Virus record (IMG/VR): IMGVR_UViG_3300042895_001344
Location: 1-64,000 of that record
Direction: 5' to 3' (one strand)
DNA length: 64,000 nt
Of the stretch, positions 1 through 9,721 are shown piece after piece. Each line of letters begins with the position of its first letter. Positions within the stretch are counted from its first letter, which is position 1. A model generated the notes under the pieces. It was not told the DNA's origin. It did no database searches and saw only the letters and a program-made list of their open reading frames with translations. The translations under genes and the position numbers were made by a program.

Positions 1-418
1 ATGCTTGACGATACTGAATTTCATCTGGTAAGTTATCATACTCTAAGAAATGAATATATTGTTTACCTAATTGTTTAACAAGATTGAAAGCATTTTTCAT
101 TGTCAACCAAATTGCATAGTCGTGATGAAAATCTATTTTATTAGTTATCTTATATGAACCCATATCGGTCCATCTATCACTATTAATACCATACTCAGCA
201 AAATCCTTTTCTAATAATATGTCGTTATTACCATCATATAGATAGTAATCTGCTAACACTTGTATCTCAGGTGAAACTGCATAATGTCCACATAATATAA
301 TGGGACAGTTATAAACCTTTAAACTTATAAGTAATTTCTTTAAAACATTTTCTTTATCTTTATTATCAGGCCAGCAGTCAACTACAAAAACATCATCATT
401 AAATTGTGTATATCCCAT
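1..418 (-). CDS. Partial ORF running off the left edge; hypothetical, probably glycan-related (not in the ORF track)
   Basis: ATG at 418 overlaps the TAA of the upstream gene. Open frame MGYTQFNDDVFVVDCWPDNKDKENV...HFLEYDNLPDEIQYRQA continues to the window edge. Confidence 0.75.
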   Translation of the reverse strand, partial: MGYTQFNDDVFVVDCWPDNKDKENVLKKLLISLKVYNCPIILCGHYAVSPEIQVLADYYLYDGNNDILLEKDFAEYGINSDRWTDMGSYKITNKIDFHHDYAIWLTMKNAFNLVKQLGKQYIHFLEYDNLPDEIQYRQA

Positions 419-1080
419 TATCTTTTTCTTATTAAAATTATTCCATTAAGGAAGGTTATTGATTCTATATCAGTTCTACAATCAGGTTGTACTTTATTTG
501 AATATGGTATTAGTTTATCTTCTCGTCGATCCCATACTGCGGCTTGATCATCTAAGTTCTCAACACCTCTAAAGTTAATATCATCCGTTAATTTCTTGAA
601 GTATTCCATCATACTCTTAGGGTCATTTAAACCTCCACCGTACCAAGGGAAATAGGATGTTGCAACATCTTCAACAATGTACATGCCACCCGATTTAACG
701 TATTGAAATAGTGTTTTAAATGAATAAATAACATGTTCATTCAAATGTGATCCGTCATCTAATATAAAATCAAATGGACCATATTCATTTGAAATTTGAT
801 TTAAAAACTTATCATCATCTTGTGAACCTATTTCAACAAAAATTCTATCTTCCTCATATTTTTTACAATCAGGATTGATGTCAATACCTAAAATATTAGA
901 ACGATAATAATAATCCTTCCAAGTTAATAGTGATTTACCATCTAAGACACCAATCTCCAATATGTTTAATTTATCATATCTGTTAAATGGTAAATACTTT
1001 TCATATTTAACACAATAATTGTGATTGTCGGAAGACTTATCAGTTCCGTATACTTTAGCCAAATTATCTAATGTACTCAT
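418..1080 (-). CDS. Class I SAM-dependent methyltransferase (MycE-like sugar O-methyltransferase type)
   Basis: Motifs GTDK, ILEIGV, GIDI, DFILDDGSH, GGMYIVED. ATG at 1080 forms an ATGA overlap; the track start at 1086 is TTG. Confidence 0.8.
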   Translation of the reverse strand: MSTLDNLAKVYGTDKSSDNHNYCVKYEKYLPFNRYDKLNILEIGVLDGKSLLTWKDYYYRSNILGIDINPDCKKYEEDRIFVEIGSQDDDKFLNQISNEYGPFDFILDDGSHLNEHVIYSFKTLFQYVKSGGMYIVEDVATSYFPWYGGGLNDPKSMMEYFKKLTDDINFRGVENLDDQAAVWDRREDKLIPYSNKVQPDCRTDIESITFLNGIILIRKR

Positions 1081-3812
1081 TTCCAAAAATATATCATTTG
1101 TAAACTGTTATTATTACCCATAAATAATAGATATGAATTGAATCCTAATCCATTCATTTTATTTATAAAATTTGTTCTTAATTCATCATCAAAATCAAAA
1201 TGACTATGATGATATTCCATTGCTATGGTTTTAACTTTTTGTAAGTTCTCATCACTGATACCCGCAAATGCTGCATGTTCTGCTCCTTCAATATCGACCT
1301 TAAGGAAATCAATATGATCCACCAAACCACTTTCAAAAAGATAGTTTAATGTATATGTTTTAACACTATATCCTTCCTGACCTTCAATACCAAAAACATT
1401 TGATCCTCCTAAGTGAGTACTCTCATATAAATTCAATTCTCCAATTTCATGTGCAGCAGCCGCATTAAATAATATTGAACGTGGGTCAGCATTAAGTGAC
1501 AGTAATTTAAAATATCGTCTATCTGGTTCAAATGAAATTACTTTACTTGCACCTTGACTATACGCCCATCTATTAAAGATACCCATATTACCTCCCAAGT
1601 CAACAACAATATCACCTTCATTTATTCTTCTTTCATTACCACCCTTATAATAATCATGTAAATTGAATATCTCATGATAGATTGCTCTTGCCCATCCATA
1701 TTTGTCCGCAATTTCTATTGTTCCACCCTCAACATCTTTGATGTCACCTAAGTTCTCTAACTTATATGTATTAACATCTAATGATGTATAAAATTGTTCT
1801 GATTTATAAAAACTATTATCACGTTTCATCTTAATGAAGTCCATCATAAAATCGGACATCTGTGCATTCTTATTACCGTGGAAATAAAGAATTTGATTCT
1901 TATCTTTTGGTATTGCTTGGTACCCAAATATTCTATTGAAGTTTTGTGGTCCTTCTTCATTCCAAAACTTTAAGAAATGATGTTGTGTTTCATTTGTCAT
2001 TCCATCATCTCCGTCGTAAGATGATGTGTCAAAATTAGATAGTGGTAAATGTTTTTTAAAATTATATTTCCATCTCATTGCATTATCAATACCCTCATCG
2101 TTCCATAGGTATAGTCGTTTGTAATCTTTACCTCCATCTTTCATTACTTCCACATAATGATTAAGGATCTCTTCAAACCACCATTTACATTCTTTATTAT
2201 AGACATACATACAAACATGCATATAAGGTTGTTGTTTTTGAACTCCCCATTCTTTTGCAACTTGTTCGTTGAATAGTTGTGAATTTTTTCCATCATCATA
2301 CCAACCAAAGAATTCTTCCTGAACATGTACATCAGATATTGGATAGTTCTCAATCTCTTTGAAATAAGATTTAATATTATCTACGTTGTAGTTTACGACA
2401 ACATCACCATCCATCCAAACGTAATTATCAAATCCTTCATTAATAGATTCAATACATGCCATTTGTTTCCAATACCATTTATCGTGTTCAGATATCTTTG
2501 GTGTTGTTATCGTTCTTTTGATAATATTTGGATAGTCAAATGGAACCTCACAATCAATACCATATACTATAATCTTACGTTTAGAAAATTCTAATAATGA
2601 TTGAACTAACTTTTCAATAACCGGCATGTATCCGATATTACCAGTTGTGATGAAAGCAAAGTCATCAAATTTATTTTCAAGTATATCTGAAGCACCCTTT
2701 GCAACAGTACTCCAATTAAACTCTTCATGTATTTCTTTTGATTCAGCCACAGCAAATGATTTATGTCGTTTATATTCGTTAAATGCACTTAACATTTGTT
2801 CTCCCAAATTATTCCAATCAGGTTCACAATATTCACCAGGGAAATCTTTATGTTCCACATTAGCAGGTCTTAATCCATCTATCTTTACAGGAATACCTTT
2901 ACCTTCCGCAAACTGTAATTGACCTCCCCAATCTGAGTAAATTGACGGTGTTCCACAAGCCATAGCTTCAATCAACGGTAAGTTCCATCCTTCACTACGT
3001 GCACATGTAACAAACACATCACCCTCTTGCAAATATTTTACATATTCTTCCTGTGGTGTGAATTTTATAAATTTAATGTTCGTTGTGTCTATATTGTGAT
3101 GTTTAACCCTATCTTCAGTTGTTTTAAGTCCGTCAAATGGATAAGGGTTTTCAACTGATGCAATTAACTCCACATCATCCCTATCTTTAAATGTCTTACT
3201 AAACGCACTTAAAACCTCTGTAGTTCCCTTTCTATAATCCCATCTACCAAAATGTAAGAACCTAAATTTGTCCTTCTTTGATGTCTTAGTTAACGGTTTA
3301 AATGTATCTACATCAACTCCCTCAGGAACTATTGATATTTTATGTGATGGATAACCCTGTTCAACCAAACAATCAAATTGCCATTGTGTTGGAACCCATA
3401 CCTCGTCAAAGTAATGTAATCTTTTAAAGAAATTATCGGGATAACGTGTTGATTCCCAAACATTATAAGCTATTTTATAACCATCATAGTCATCATAAAA
3501 ATAACGATTGTTAGTATCAACCAAAACAATATGAACGTCAGGTTTATAACCACCATCATATCCATAGATTGGGTAATCCGACCTACTACCATCCGAATTA
3601 TTAAGAGTTTGAAGAATTAACATATCCTTCATCTCATCTGTAATATAAGGTTCATTATCGTGTGGGGTATCATTCATACCCTTCCAACCCCCACCTATAG
3701 TGGAGTTTCTAACCTTTACTGTGTGGTATTTGTTCAGAGCACAAAAAAAGGACTTTGCGTGGTTAGCATATCCTGTTACTCCAATAAAACATGTATGTAC
3801 AAGTATTTTCAT
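1077..3812 (-). CDS. Multidomain GT4 glycosyltransferase + DxD GT-A-like domain + FkbM methyltransferase
   Basis: GT4 motifs PEGVDVDTF and RSEGWNLPLIEAMACGTP. Central WMDGDVVV. C-terminal VVDLGGNMG, SFEPD, FLKVDIEGAE. Confidence 0.8.
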   Translation of the reverse strand: MKILVHTCFIGVTGYANHAKSFFCALNKYHTVKVRNSTIGGGWKGMNDTPHDNEPYITDEMKDMLILQTLNNSDGSRSDYPIYGYDGGYKPDVHIVLVDTNNRYFYDDYDGYKIAYNVWESTRYPDNFFKRLHYFDEVWVPTQWQFDCLVEQGYPSHKISIVPEGVDVDTFKPLTKTSKKDKFRFLHFGRWDYRKGTTEVLSAFSKTFKDRDDVELIASVENPYPFDGLKTTEDRVKHHNIDTTNIKFIKFTPQEEYVKYLQEGDVFVTCARSEGWNLPLIEAMACGTPSIYSDWGGQLQFAEGKGIPVKIDGLRPANVEHKDFPGEYCEPDWNNLGEQMLSAFNEYKRHKSFAVAESKEIHEEFNWSTVAKGASDILENKFDDFAFITTGNIGYMPVIEKLVQSLLEFSKRKIIVYGIDCEVPFDYPNIIKRTITTPKISEHDKWYWKQMACIESINEGFDNYVWMDGDVVVNYNVDNIKSYFKEIENYPISDVHVQEEFFGWYDDGKNSQLFNEQVAKEWGVQKQQPYMHVCMYVYNKECKWWFEEILNHYVEVMKDGGKDYKRLYLWNDEGIDNAMRWKYNFKKHLPLSNFDTSSYDGDDGMTNETQHHFLKFWNEEGPQNFNRIFGYQAIPKDKNQILYFHGNKNAQMSDFMMDFIKMKRDNSFYKSEQFYTSLDVNTYKLENLGDIKDVEGGTIEIADKYGWARAIYHEIFNLHDYYKGGNERRINEGDIVVDLGGNMGIFNRWAYSQGASKVISFEPDRRYFKLLSLNADPRSILFNAAAAHEIGELNLYESTHLGGSNVFGIEGQEGYSVKTYTLNYLFESGLVDHIDFLKVDIEGAEHAAFAGISDENLQKVKTIAMEYHHSHFDFDDELRTNFINKMNGLGFNSYLLFMGNNNSLQMIYFWK

Positions 3813-3819
3813 TAATGAT

Positions 3820-3847
3820 AATATAATGAAAATATGTGAAAAATCAA
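3820..3847 (-). promoter_or_regulatory. Sigma70-like promoter TTGATT-N16-TATATT
   Basis: Lies 7 nt upstream of the ATG at 3812; the same architecture recurs at 6 other gene starts. Confidence 0.55.
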
Positions 3848-4656
3848 ATCAAATTTTGTTTATTTTTTGGTAAATAATTTATATAACTTGGGAAATTTTT
3901 TGATATAAAATCATGTAGTTTATTTGCATAGGTCTTATTATGGTTAGGCCCTGGATGTCCATTATCCACACCTAAATCTAAATATTTCCCATAATCACCA
4001 TCAAATCTGTTGAGTTCATTATGATCTATCGATGTTATTTCTCTAACATTCCAACCATTCCATACCCAATTACAATTTTTAGATTCTAAAAAATATTTTA
4101 TTAATAAATGATTTTTATACCAATTTACGGTATCCTCATTATAATTTTGTAAATAAGTTAAATATTCTTGTGTTTTAATACCATCATCAGTTTCTTTTAA
4201 ATAACCCCAAGAAGCCGTTGGCATGAACGGTTCAATACCACAATCTTTAGTATATATTTCTCTTCTTAAAGGTGAAGGATACATTATAAATATTAAATCA
4301 GGTTTTATTACATCATAATACGTTAATAAACATCTAACAATGAAATCATTACTTCTACCGCCAGCACCAAAATTAAAATTAACACCATTTGGTATCAATG
4401 ATGTGAATTGAGCTGGCCAAGTTTCATGATCATTAACCGCAACACCTTCGGTATTTGAACATCCAAATGACATAATTTTAAACCCTTCTCTTTTAATACT
4501 ATCACCTCTAAATCCTAATTCATTATATGTGTATGTACATAAACCTGTGTTGTCTGTACCTGATGTTTTAAATATTTTGTTTTTTCGTTCACCTAATTTA
4601 AACTTGTACGATGAGATTTCAAATTCATTAGGGTCCCAATATTTTAGTGGATTCAT
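3844..4656 (-). CDS. SGNH-like hydrolase/acyltransferase
   Basis: FGCSNTEG, GRSN and C-terminal DNGHPG match SGNH blocks I, II/III and V. Confidence 0.6.
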   Translation of the reverse strand: MNPLKYWDPNEFEISSYKFKLGERKNKIFKTSGTDNTGLCTYTYNELGFRGDSIKREGFKIMSFGCSNTEGVAVNDHETWPAQFTSLIPNGVNFNFGAGGRSNDFIVRCLLTYYDVIKPDLIFIMYPSPLRREIYTKDCGIEPFMPTASWGYLKETDDGIKTQEYLTYLQNYNEDTVNWYKNHLLIKYFLESKNCNWVWNGWNVREITSIDHNELNRFDGDYGKYLDLGVDNGHPGPNHNKTYANKLHDFISKNFPSYINYLPKNKQNLI

Positions 4657-5153
4657 ATTAATTTATTTGTTTCTATTTTTATATGTTCGTTTTCTAAAAA
4701 CCATAATAAAGAATATCGTACACCTTCTAAAATTGGTGTTATTTCATGGTCTATTCTTACATCAAATAAATATGTATTCCCAATAACTTTATCTAATGTA
4801 ATTTCATTTGGGTTATACAATTTAAAGTCACCTCCTTCAAAATCACCATTTAATAAAACTCCCACTGCATATAATCTATTATTTCTAATATCATTATGTT
4901 TTCCAAACCAATCACCTTTTACAAATTTATGAAAATGTATAACTTCTTTATTTTTTTTTATCCGTATGTTTGATTGTTCTTCAAAAAATGTTTTAAGTTT
5001 ATCAAACAACCATTTCGTTTCCAACGAATATGTAATTGATTGTGAATTATATTTTCTATCACTCATTATCCAATTTTTAATATGGGTGTCGTTATACGAT
5101 ATTATAGATTCACACTCCTCTTTATTAAATAAGACTTGTTCCTTTATTAACAT
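4653..5153 (-). CDS. 2OG-Fe(II) oxygenase (P4H/PKHD-like)
   Basis: HxD in WFGKHND, FEGGDF, distal H in HEITP, and RYSL. Confidence 0.8.
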   Translation of the reverse strand: MLIKEQVLFNKEECESIISYNDTHIKNWIMSDRKYNSQSITYSLETKWLFDKLKTFFEEQSNIRIKKNKEVIHFHKFVKGDWFGKHNDIRNNRLYAVGVLLNGDFEGGDFKLYNPNEITLDKVIGNTYLFDVRIDHEITPILEGVRYSLLWFLENEHIKIETNKLI

Positions 5154-5685
5154 TTATTCTATATTTTTCTCCGTAAGGAAAATTTTTATTTTCTAATTCA
5201 ACCATATTTAAATAATCTAATATTTTTTGAAAACCATTATTGTAATATAGTTCTTCATATGATATATTAAAATAATCTTTATTTAAATAATTTTCTTTTA
5301 ATCCGTTTTTGATTTGATTAAAATATGATACATCTCCGTCTTTTATTAAATTTTCTTTAAATACCCATGCTTTATCCCAATTATTTGTTTTATTAGCATT
5401 TAACCAAGATTCACTTTGTTCACTTATATTTTCTCTATATAAAATAATTACCTTATCTGATATTTCTATTAATTCTGAAAAATCTGTTTTAATATCATAT
5501 GTTTCTTTAATTAAAATGTGTGGTGTTTTATATTCCCACAATTTTGGTGATACACCATGTTTATACCACTTCCAATTTGGACTTGTTATGGGTTCAAATA
5601 ATGTGGTAAAATTTTTATTACTAAAAAACCAATTAGTTAAGTTGGTTGATCCACTTCGTGGTTCTGCTAGTATTGTTATAACCAT
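5125..5685 (-). CDS. Sulfotransferase-like protein (Stf0/P-loop type)
   Basis: 5'-PSB-like EPRSGSTNL followed by FEP; LYREN; YEEL. Confidence 0.65.
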   Translation of the reverse strand: MVITILAEPRSGSTNLTNWFFSNKNFTTLFEPITSPNWKWYKHGVSPKLWEYKTPHILIKETYDIKTDFSELIEISDKVIILYRENISEQSESWLNANKTNNWDKAWVFKENLIKDGDVSYFNQIKNGLKENYLNKDYFNISYEELYYNNGFQKILDYLNMVELENKNFPYGEKYRINVNKGTSLI

Positions 5686-5771
5686 TATTAAAAAATTGAT
5701 GTTGTTAAAGCTCTCATATTAATTTATTTTATAATTTTAATTATATGTTAAAAATTTATTACATAATAAAA

Positions 5772-6353
5772 TTATAATAATGTATTTTTTTCTTTTACAT
5801 TAGAAACATTAAATTTAAAATTACCAGCAATTACAATTCTATCTTTAGTTGAATTTGGGGAAATTTCAGGTTTGTGAAGTATTTTTGACGAAAATAAAAA
5901 TAATTCGTCTTCTTCAGGTAAAACTGAAAATTCATTTTTATCAAAACTATATGAGAACATACCTTCATTACCATTTAAATTATTTGGCATTTGTACATAA
6001 TAAGTGAAGGTTAAATCAGTTATAATGGAATTTTTATATTTTCCTCCCATTTTTAAATGGTCATGCCATAAAGATTGTTTTGTTTCATTTCTTGATATAA
6101 AAACCCAAGTCTCTAAACAATAATCTATAACCGTATCAATTATACCATTCTTTTTGAGATAATCAATTGCCTTTTTAGTTGCTATTTCTTTTATGAAAGT
6201 GATTTCCTTTGTGACCAATCCTAATGGAGTTTGTATACCAGGAGAATCATAATCACCTGTTTGGGATGAATATAAATTAATATTTTTTTTAAGTTGACTA
6301 ATTAATATTTGTTTATCGTATGGATAATCTATTTTATATTTTTCTATTTTCAT
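5772..6353 (-). CDS. Putative 2OG-Fe(II) oxygenase
   Basis: WHDH, LTFTYYV, LHKP, RIVIAGN. Confidence 0.65.
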   Translation of the reverse strand: MKIEKYKIDYPYDKQILISQLKKNINLYSSQTGDYDSPGIQTPLGLVTKEITFIKEIATKKAIDYLKKNGIIDTVIDYCLETWVFISRNETKQSLWHDHLKMGGKYKNSIITDLTFTYYVQMPNNLNGNEGMFSYSFDKNEFSVLPEEDELFLFSSKILHKPEISPNSTKDRIVIAGNFKFNVSNVKEKNTLL

Positions 6354-6976
6354 ATTATACTTTTATTATTTTTAAAATCTACAATTGGTTCATCTATATT
6401 TAAAAGTTTATGTAGTTTAACATAAAAATCATGGCACCCTTTCCAACCTGGATGCCAATCTATTGGGTCACCTCCTTCATCTGCAATAGAAGTTACTTTT
6501 ATTAATTCTATAAACTCTTTTGTTTTTTCATAAAACTCATCGTTCCATGTTACAAATATTGGTTGGTGGTGGTTATAAAACATTTTTATTTTCTTAAGAA
6601 ATAAAATTTCATCGTCTCGTTCACCATTTAACCAACTATTTGTTTCTTTAATTCGTAATTCAAACAGTTTTTTTGCAAATAATTTATCCTTATACCATTC
6701 CCAATTTAAATATTTTGAATTATGATTTATTTCTCTTTCCCCAAAATATCTTCTTGGGAATCTTGATGGGGATGTAAAAACTATTATGATTCTATCACCA
6801 TTTGTATAATTTGGTATATTTCCTGTTTGGTATAATATAGAGTGATTATCAGCTCCAAATTTTCCAAATTTAATTACGTTATAATGATTGGATAGATAGT
6901 CCGTCCAATGCATTTTAGGTACTTCCCAATCAACAAAACTATCACCACAAATATATAAATTAGATTTTTGTTTCAT
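6350..6976 (-). CDS. SGNH-like protein
   Basis: CGDSF, GADN, DWHPG. Confidence 0.6.
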   Translation of the reverse strand: MKQKSNLYICGDSFVDWEVPKMHWTDYLSNHYNVIKFGKFGADNHSILYQTGNIPNYTNGDRIIIVFTSPSRFPRRYFGEREINHNSKYLNWEWYKDKLFAKKLFELRIKETNSWLNGERDDEILFLKKIKMFYNHHQPIFVTWNDEFYEKTKEFIELIKVTSIADEGGDPIDWHPGWKGCHDFYVKLHKLLNIDEPIVDFKNNKSII

Positions 6977-7659
6977 TACACTAATCTCATATTTTTGGTG
7001 AAGGGCTTTTCAAAAACATCCCAAACCCATTTTTTTAATTCATCATTAACTTCAATTTTATTTTTTATTTTTGATGTTCCATTCATTTTTTTAATTTTTA
7101 ATACTACACCAAATTTTTCATATATTAAATTTTTGAATTTATCTATTTCGGAAATATCAAATTCATAATCACATTTTGTGTTATCTGTCCAATAATTCTT
7201 ACATGCAAATATCGATAACGTATCGGGTAAGTTTTTATTTATTACATTAAAAAATTTACTATATTCTTTTTGTATTTTATATTCATTATCACAATATATT
7301 GCATCTGCTAAATTTTTATTAAAATATTCATAAATAAAGTTATTATCAATATCCGACCAATTATATTTTAATTCGTTTCTATGAAGATGATTTGATATTT
7401 CAAAAAAATATTCCAATGCACTATACCATCTGTCAAACCAATTTCTTGTGATACAACAAGTTTTTTGAAAACCAAATTCTTCTAATAAGAAGTTTTTTCT
7501 AAAATGAAAATGGTGGTTTGTATTTATATTGGGGTAGGGTTCTTTAGATGTTAGATTTATTTGTAATTGATTATTATTTTTTAATGAATCTTCTATTGAG
7601 ACAGACGCACATCTTGGAATTGAAACCCAAATAAGTTGATTGTTAATAAGAATTGACAT
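6976..7659 (-). CDS. Sulfotransferase family 2-like protein
   Basis: WVSIPRCAS (IPK/RxAS PAPS loop) and TRNWFDRWYS (3'-PB motif RxPxxRxxS). Confidence 0.65.
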   Translation of the reverse strand: MSILINNQLIWVSIPRCASVSIEDSLKNNNQLQINLTSKEPYPNINTNHHFHFRKNFLLEEFGFQKTCCITRNWFDRWYSALEYFFEISNHLHRNELKYNWSDIDNNFIYEYFNKNLADAIYCDNEYKIQKEYSKFFNVINKNLPDTLSIFACKNYWTDNTKCDYEFDISEIDKFKNLIYEKFGVVLKIKKMNGTSKIKNKIEVNDELKKWVWDVFEKPFTKNMRLV

Positions 7660-7943
7660 TAAATAATTTTTTCATTATTTAATTTTTTTGCAAAAAACAA
7701 CTTGTCAACTTCTTCCCATTTTCCAATCGGGCATGGATTGTTATTTTTAGAATAAATTTTTTTCATTAATGGACATCCACATAAATCACAAACTATACCT
7801 AATTTAAATTTTTTTATACGTTCTTTTTTGTGTTCACAAGAATTACAAATTTCTGAACGTTTTTGTGCAAGGGACGCTTCTGCGTCAGATGGGTTTGCTG
7901 CTGTTATCCATGCGGATACTATTTCTAATAAATCTAAACTCAT
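7659..7943 (-). CDS. Small Cys-rich putative metal-binding protein (DUF6171-like)
   Basis: Pattern R-x2-IC-x2-C...C-x2-CGC...CP-x2-KW. Confidence 0.55.
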   Translation of the reverse strand: MSLDLLEIVSAWITAANPSDAEASLAQKRSEICNSCEHKKERIKKFKLGIVCDLCGCPLMKKIYSKNNNPCPIGKWEEVDKLFFAKKLNNEKII

Positions 7944-7949
7944 TGATTA

Positions 7950-7977
7950 AATATAACTAATTAAACGATAGGTGTAA
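7950..7977 (-). promoter_or_regulatory. Sigma70-like promoter TTACAC-N16-TATATT
   Basis: Lies 6 nt upstream of the ATG at 7943. Confidence 0.4.
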
Positions 7978-7981
7978 TTTT

Positions 7982-8068
7982 TTAAGAATTTTCGTTAATA
8001 ATTAATGCACCGATTTGGGTCATTAAATTATTCATTTCTAATATTTCTTGTTCTGTTATTGTATTCAT
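7982..8068 (-). CDS. Putative 28-aa peptide MNTITEQEILEMNNLMTQIGALIINENS (not in the ORF track)
   Basis: ATG-to-TAA ORF fills the gap directly downstream of the ATP-grasp/Hint gene, on the same strand. Confidence 0.45.
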   Translation of the reverse strand: MNTITEQEILEMNNLMTQIGALIINENS

Positions 8069-8089
8069 AATATAAATTTTAATAGTTTT

Positions 8090-9625
8090 TTAGAGTTGTA
8101 GACATCTATTTGAATAATATCCACAAGCACCTGTTGCCGAACAAACTTCATACATCTTATCACATCCACCAGACCCTACTCCAATTGAATTACATGGTGC
8201 ACAATATGAATTGTGTTCTACTGCGATATATGATGATACGGTTGCAGAATCACCATCTGTTATGGTTAGGAAAATATGTTCGTCTTGTACACCTATTATA
8301 TATCCACTTAATACTTCGGTTTCGTCTTGTATAGATATCACAGTTTTTTCATTAAATGAAATAGTATCATAATTACCAACATTTATTAATAATAATATAT
8401 CCCCTATTTGTAAATTTGATGTAGTTTGTGTGTTTATATCTTCCCCAATTGTTGCCCACATAACATTGTTATTTCTTTTTATTAAATAAACAGAATTTGA
8501 TGTATCTTTCCAATTTGTTTCGTCACTAAAGTTTAGTGTTGTTAATTTAACTGAAACATCAATTCTTTTTTTAAATGTTATTACATTGGTACTAAATGAT
8601 GAATTTGAAAGAAGTTCATTATAATCAACGTTATATGTCCTCAATTCGTTGGCCTCAGTTATGTTAGGTTGATTTTCATATAGTCTAATTGTTTTAACAG
8701 TATCACCAACCTGTAAATCTTGCCCTGTTTTAAAACTACCATCTGCCATTACAACTAAATCCGTATCAAGTAATTTAGGTTTCACCAACCTTTGTGTCCC
8801 TGTTAAGTATCCGTTTCTATCTACATTAGAAATTTGATGTGTTAGACTATCATATGAGTTGTCATTTAATTCTTGCATAACCTTTAAATTACCATATTTT
8901 TTGTATGCACAGATAGGAATCGATTCTAATGTTGGTGGGTATAAGATATTTAAGGAACGAATAATTGTAATACGTCCTTCGTTTAATTTTTCCTCATTAA
9001 ACAAATATTCCATTAAGAAATAATCTTCATTTACATTATTTGTAATAACTTCATTTAATTCTTCAATATTTGAAACTTTAAAAAATTTTGGGTATACTTC
9101 CCTATCATATATTGGAAATCTTGCTTTTAAAATAAAGTTTGGGTGTATACCATTATTAGGTATGGTCGTTATATTTGATATAACTTGTGAAGTTTCATCC
9201 ATATATGCAAACTTAAACCCAAAATTTTCATTCTGAAACAGTTTTAAAAAATTTACTTTATCTTTGCAGTAAGTTTCGTCAACGATTGCTGAAACATCGT
9301 AGGCACTTCTTACAATTAAGTGATTATCACTATCTTCAATATATGGAATTGTAATACCCCCTAAAGTTTCAATAAATTCATATTCTACCCCCAAATTAAC
9401 ACAAGCCTCATTAAATTTTTCACTTACTTGTGGAATTCCACCGATAAATGTGACCTTTACAAAATTGTTGTTTGATACAAAGCTTATAAATTGTGTCAAA
9501 TTTATGGCCCCCTCAGTCTCAGCCGCTAATCTCACATCCCAACCAATATTGGTGTTTATCTCAATTGGTCTTAAATCACCATTTGAATTGTATGCAAAAT
9601 CTGTCCCTAATAGCAATGTTCTCAT
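8090..9625 (-). CDS. Circularly permuted ATP-grasp-like domain + Hint domain + C-terminal Cys-rich peptide
   Basis: N-terminal TDF..G..RPIEINTN, FILKARFP and FLMEY. Hint-like LLDTDLVVMADGSFKTGQDLQVGDTV, GYIIGVQDEHIF and VEHN|S. Then a 39-aa tail with 6 Cys. Confidence 0.7.
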   Translation of the reverse strand: MRTLLLGTDFAYNSNGDLRPIEINTNIGWDVRLAAETEGAINLTQFISFVSNNNFVKVTFIGGIPQVSEKFNEACVNLGVEYEFIETLGGITIPYIEDSDNHLIVRSAYDVSAIVDETYCKDKVNFLKLFQNENFGFKFAYMDETSQVISNITTIPNNGIHPNFILKARFPIYDREVYPKFFKVSNIEELNEVITNNVNEDYFLMEYLFNEEKLNEGRITIIRSLNILYPPTLESIPICAYKKYGNLKVMQELNDNSYDSLTHQISNVDRNGYLTGTQRLVKPKLLDTDLVVMADGSFKTGQDLQVGDTVKTIRLYENQPNITEANELRTYNVDYNELLSNSSFSTNVITFKKRIDVSVKLTTLNFSDETNWKDTSNSVYLIKRNNNVMWATIGEDINTQTTSNLQIGDILLLINVGNYDTISFNEKTVISIQDETEVLSGYIIGVQDEHIFLTITDGDSATVSSYIAVEHNSYCAPCNSIGVGSGGCDKMYEVCSATGACGYYSNRCLQL

Positions 9626-9675
9626 ATGTTTTGTTTATACTTTTTTATAAATGATATATCGATTATTTTTATTTA

Positions 9676-9704
9676 AATATACAAATAATTATTCAATTTA
9701 TCAA
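9676..9704 (-). promoter_or_regulatory. Sigma70-like promoter TTGATA-N17-TATATT
   Basis: Upstream of the gene starting at 9625. Confidence 0.55.
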
Positions 9705-9721
9705 ATCTATTTTACTTTATC

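Noticed and set aside
8210-8776. Canonical splicing intein or mobile element
   Set aside because: No N-terminal Cys/Ser, no block B His and no homing endonuclease; kept instead as a cleavage-only Hint domain.
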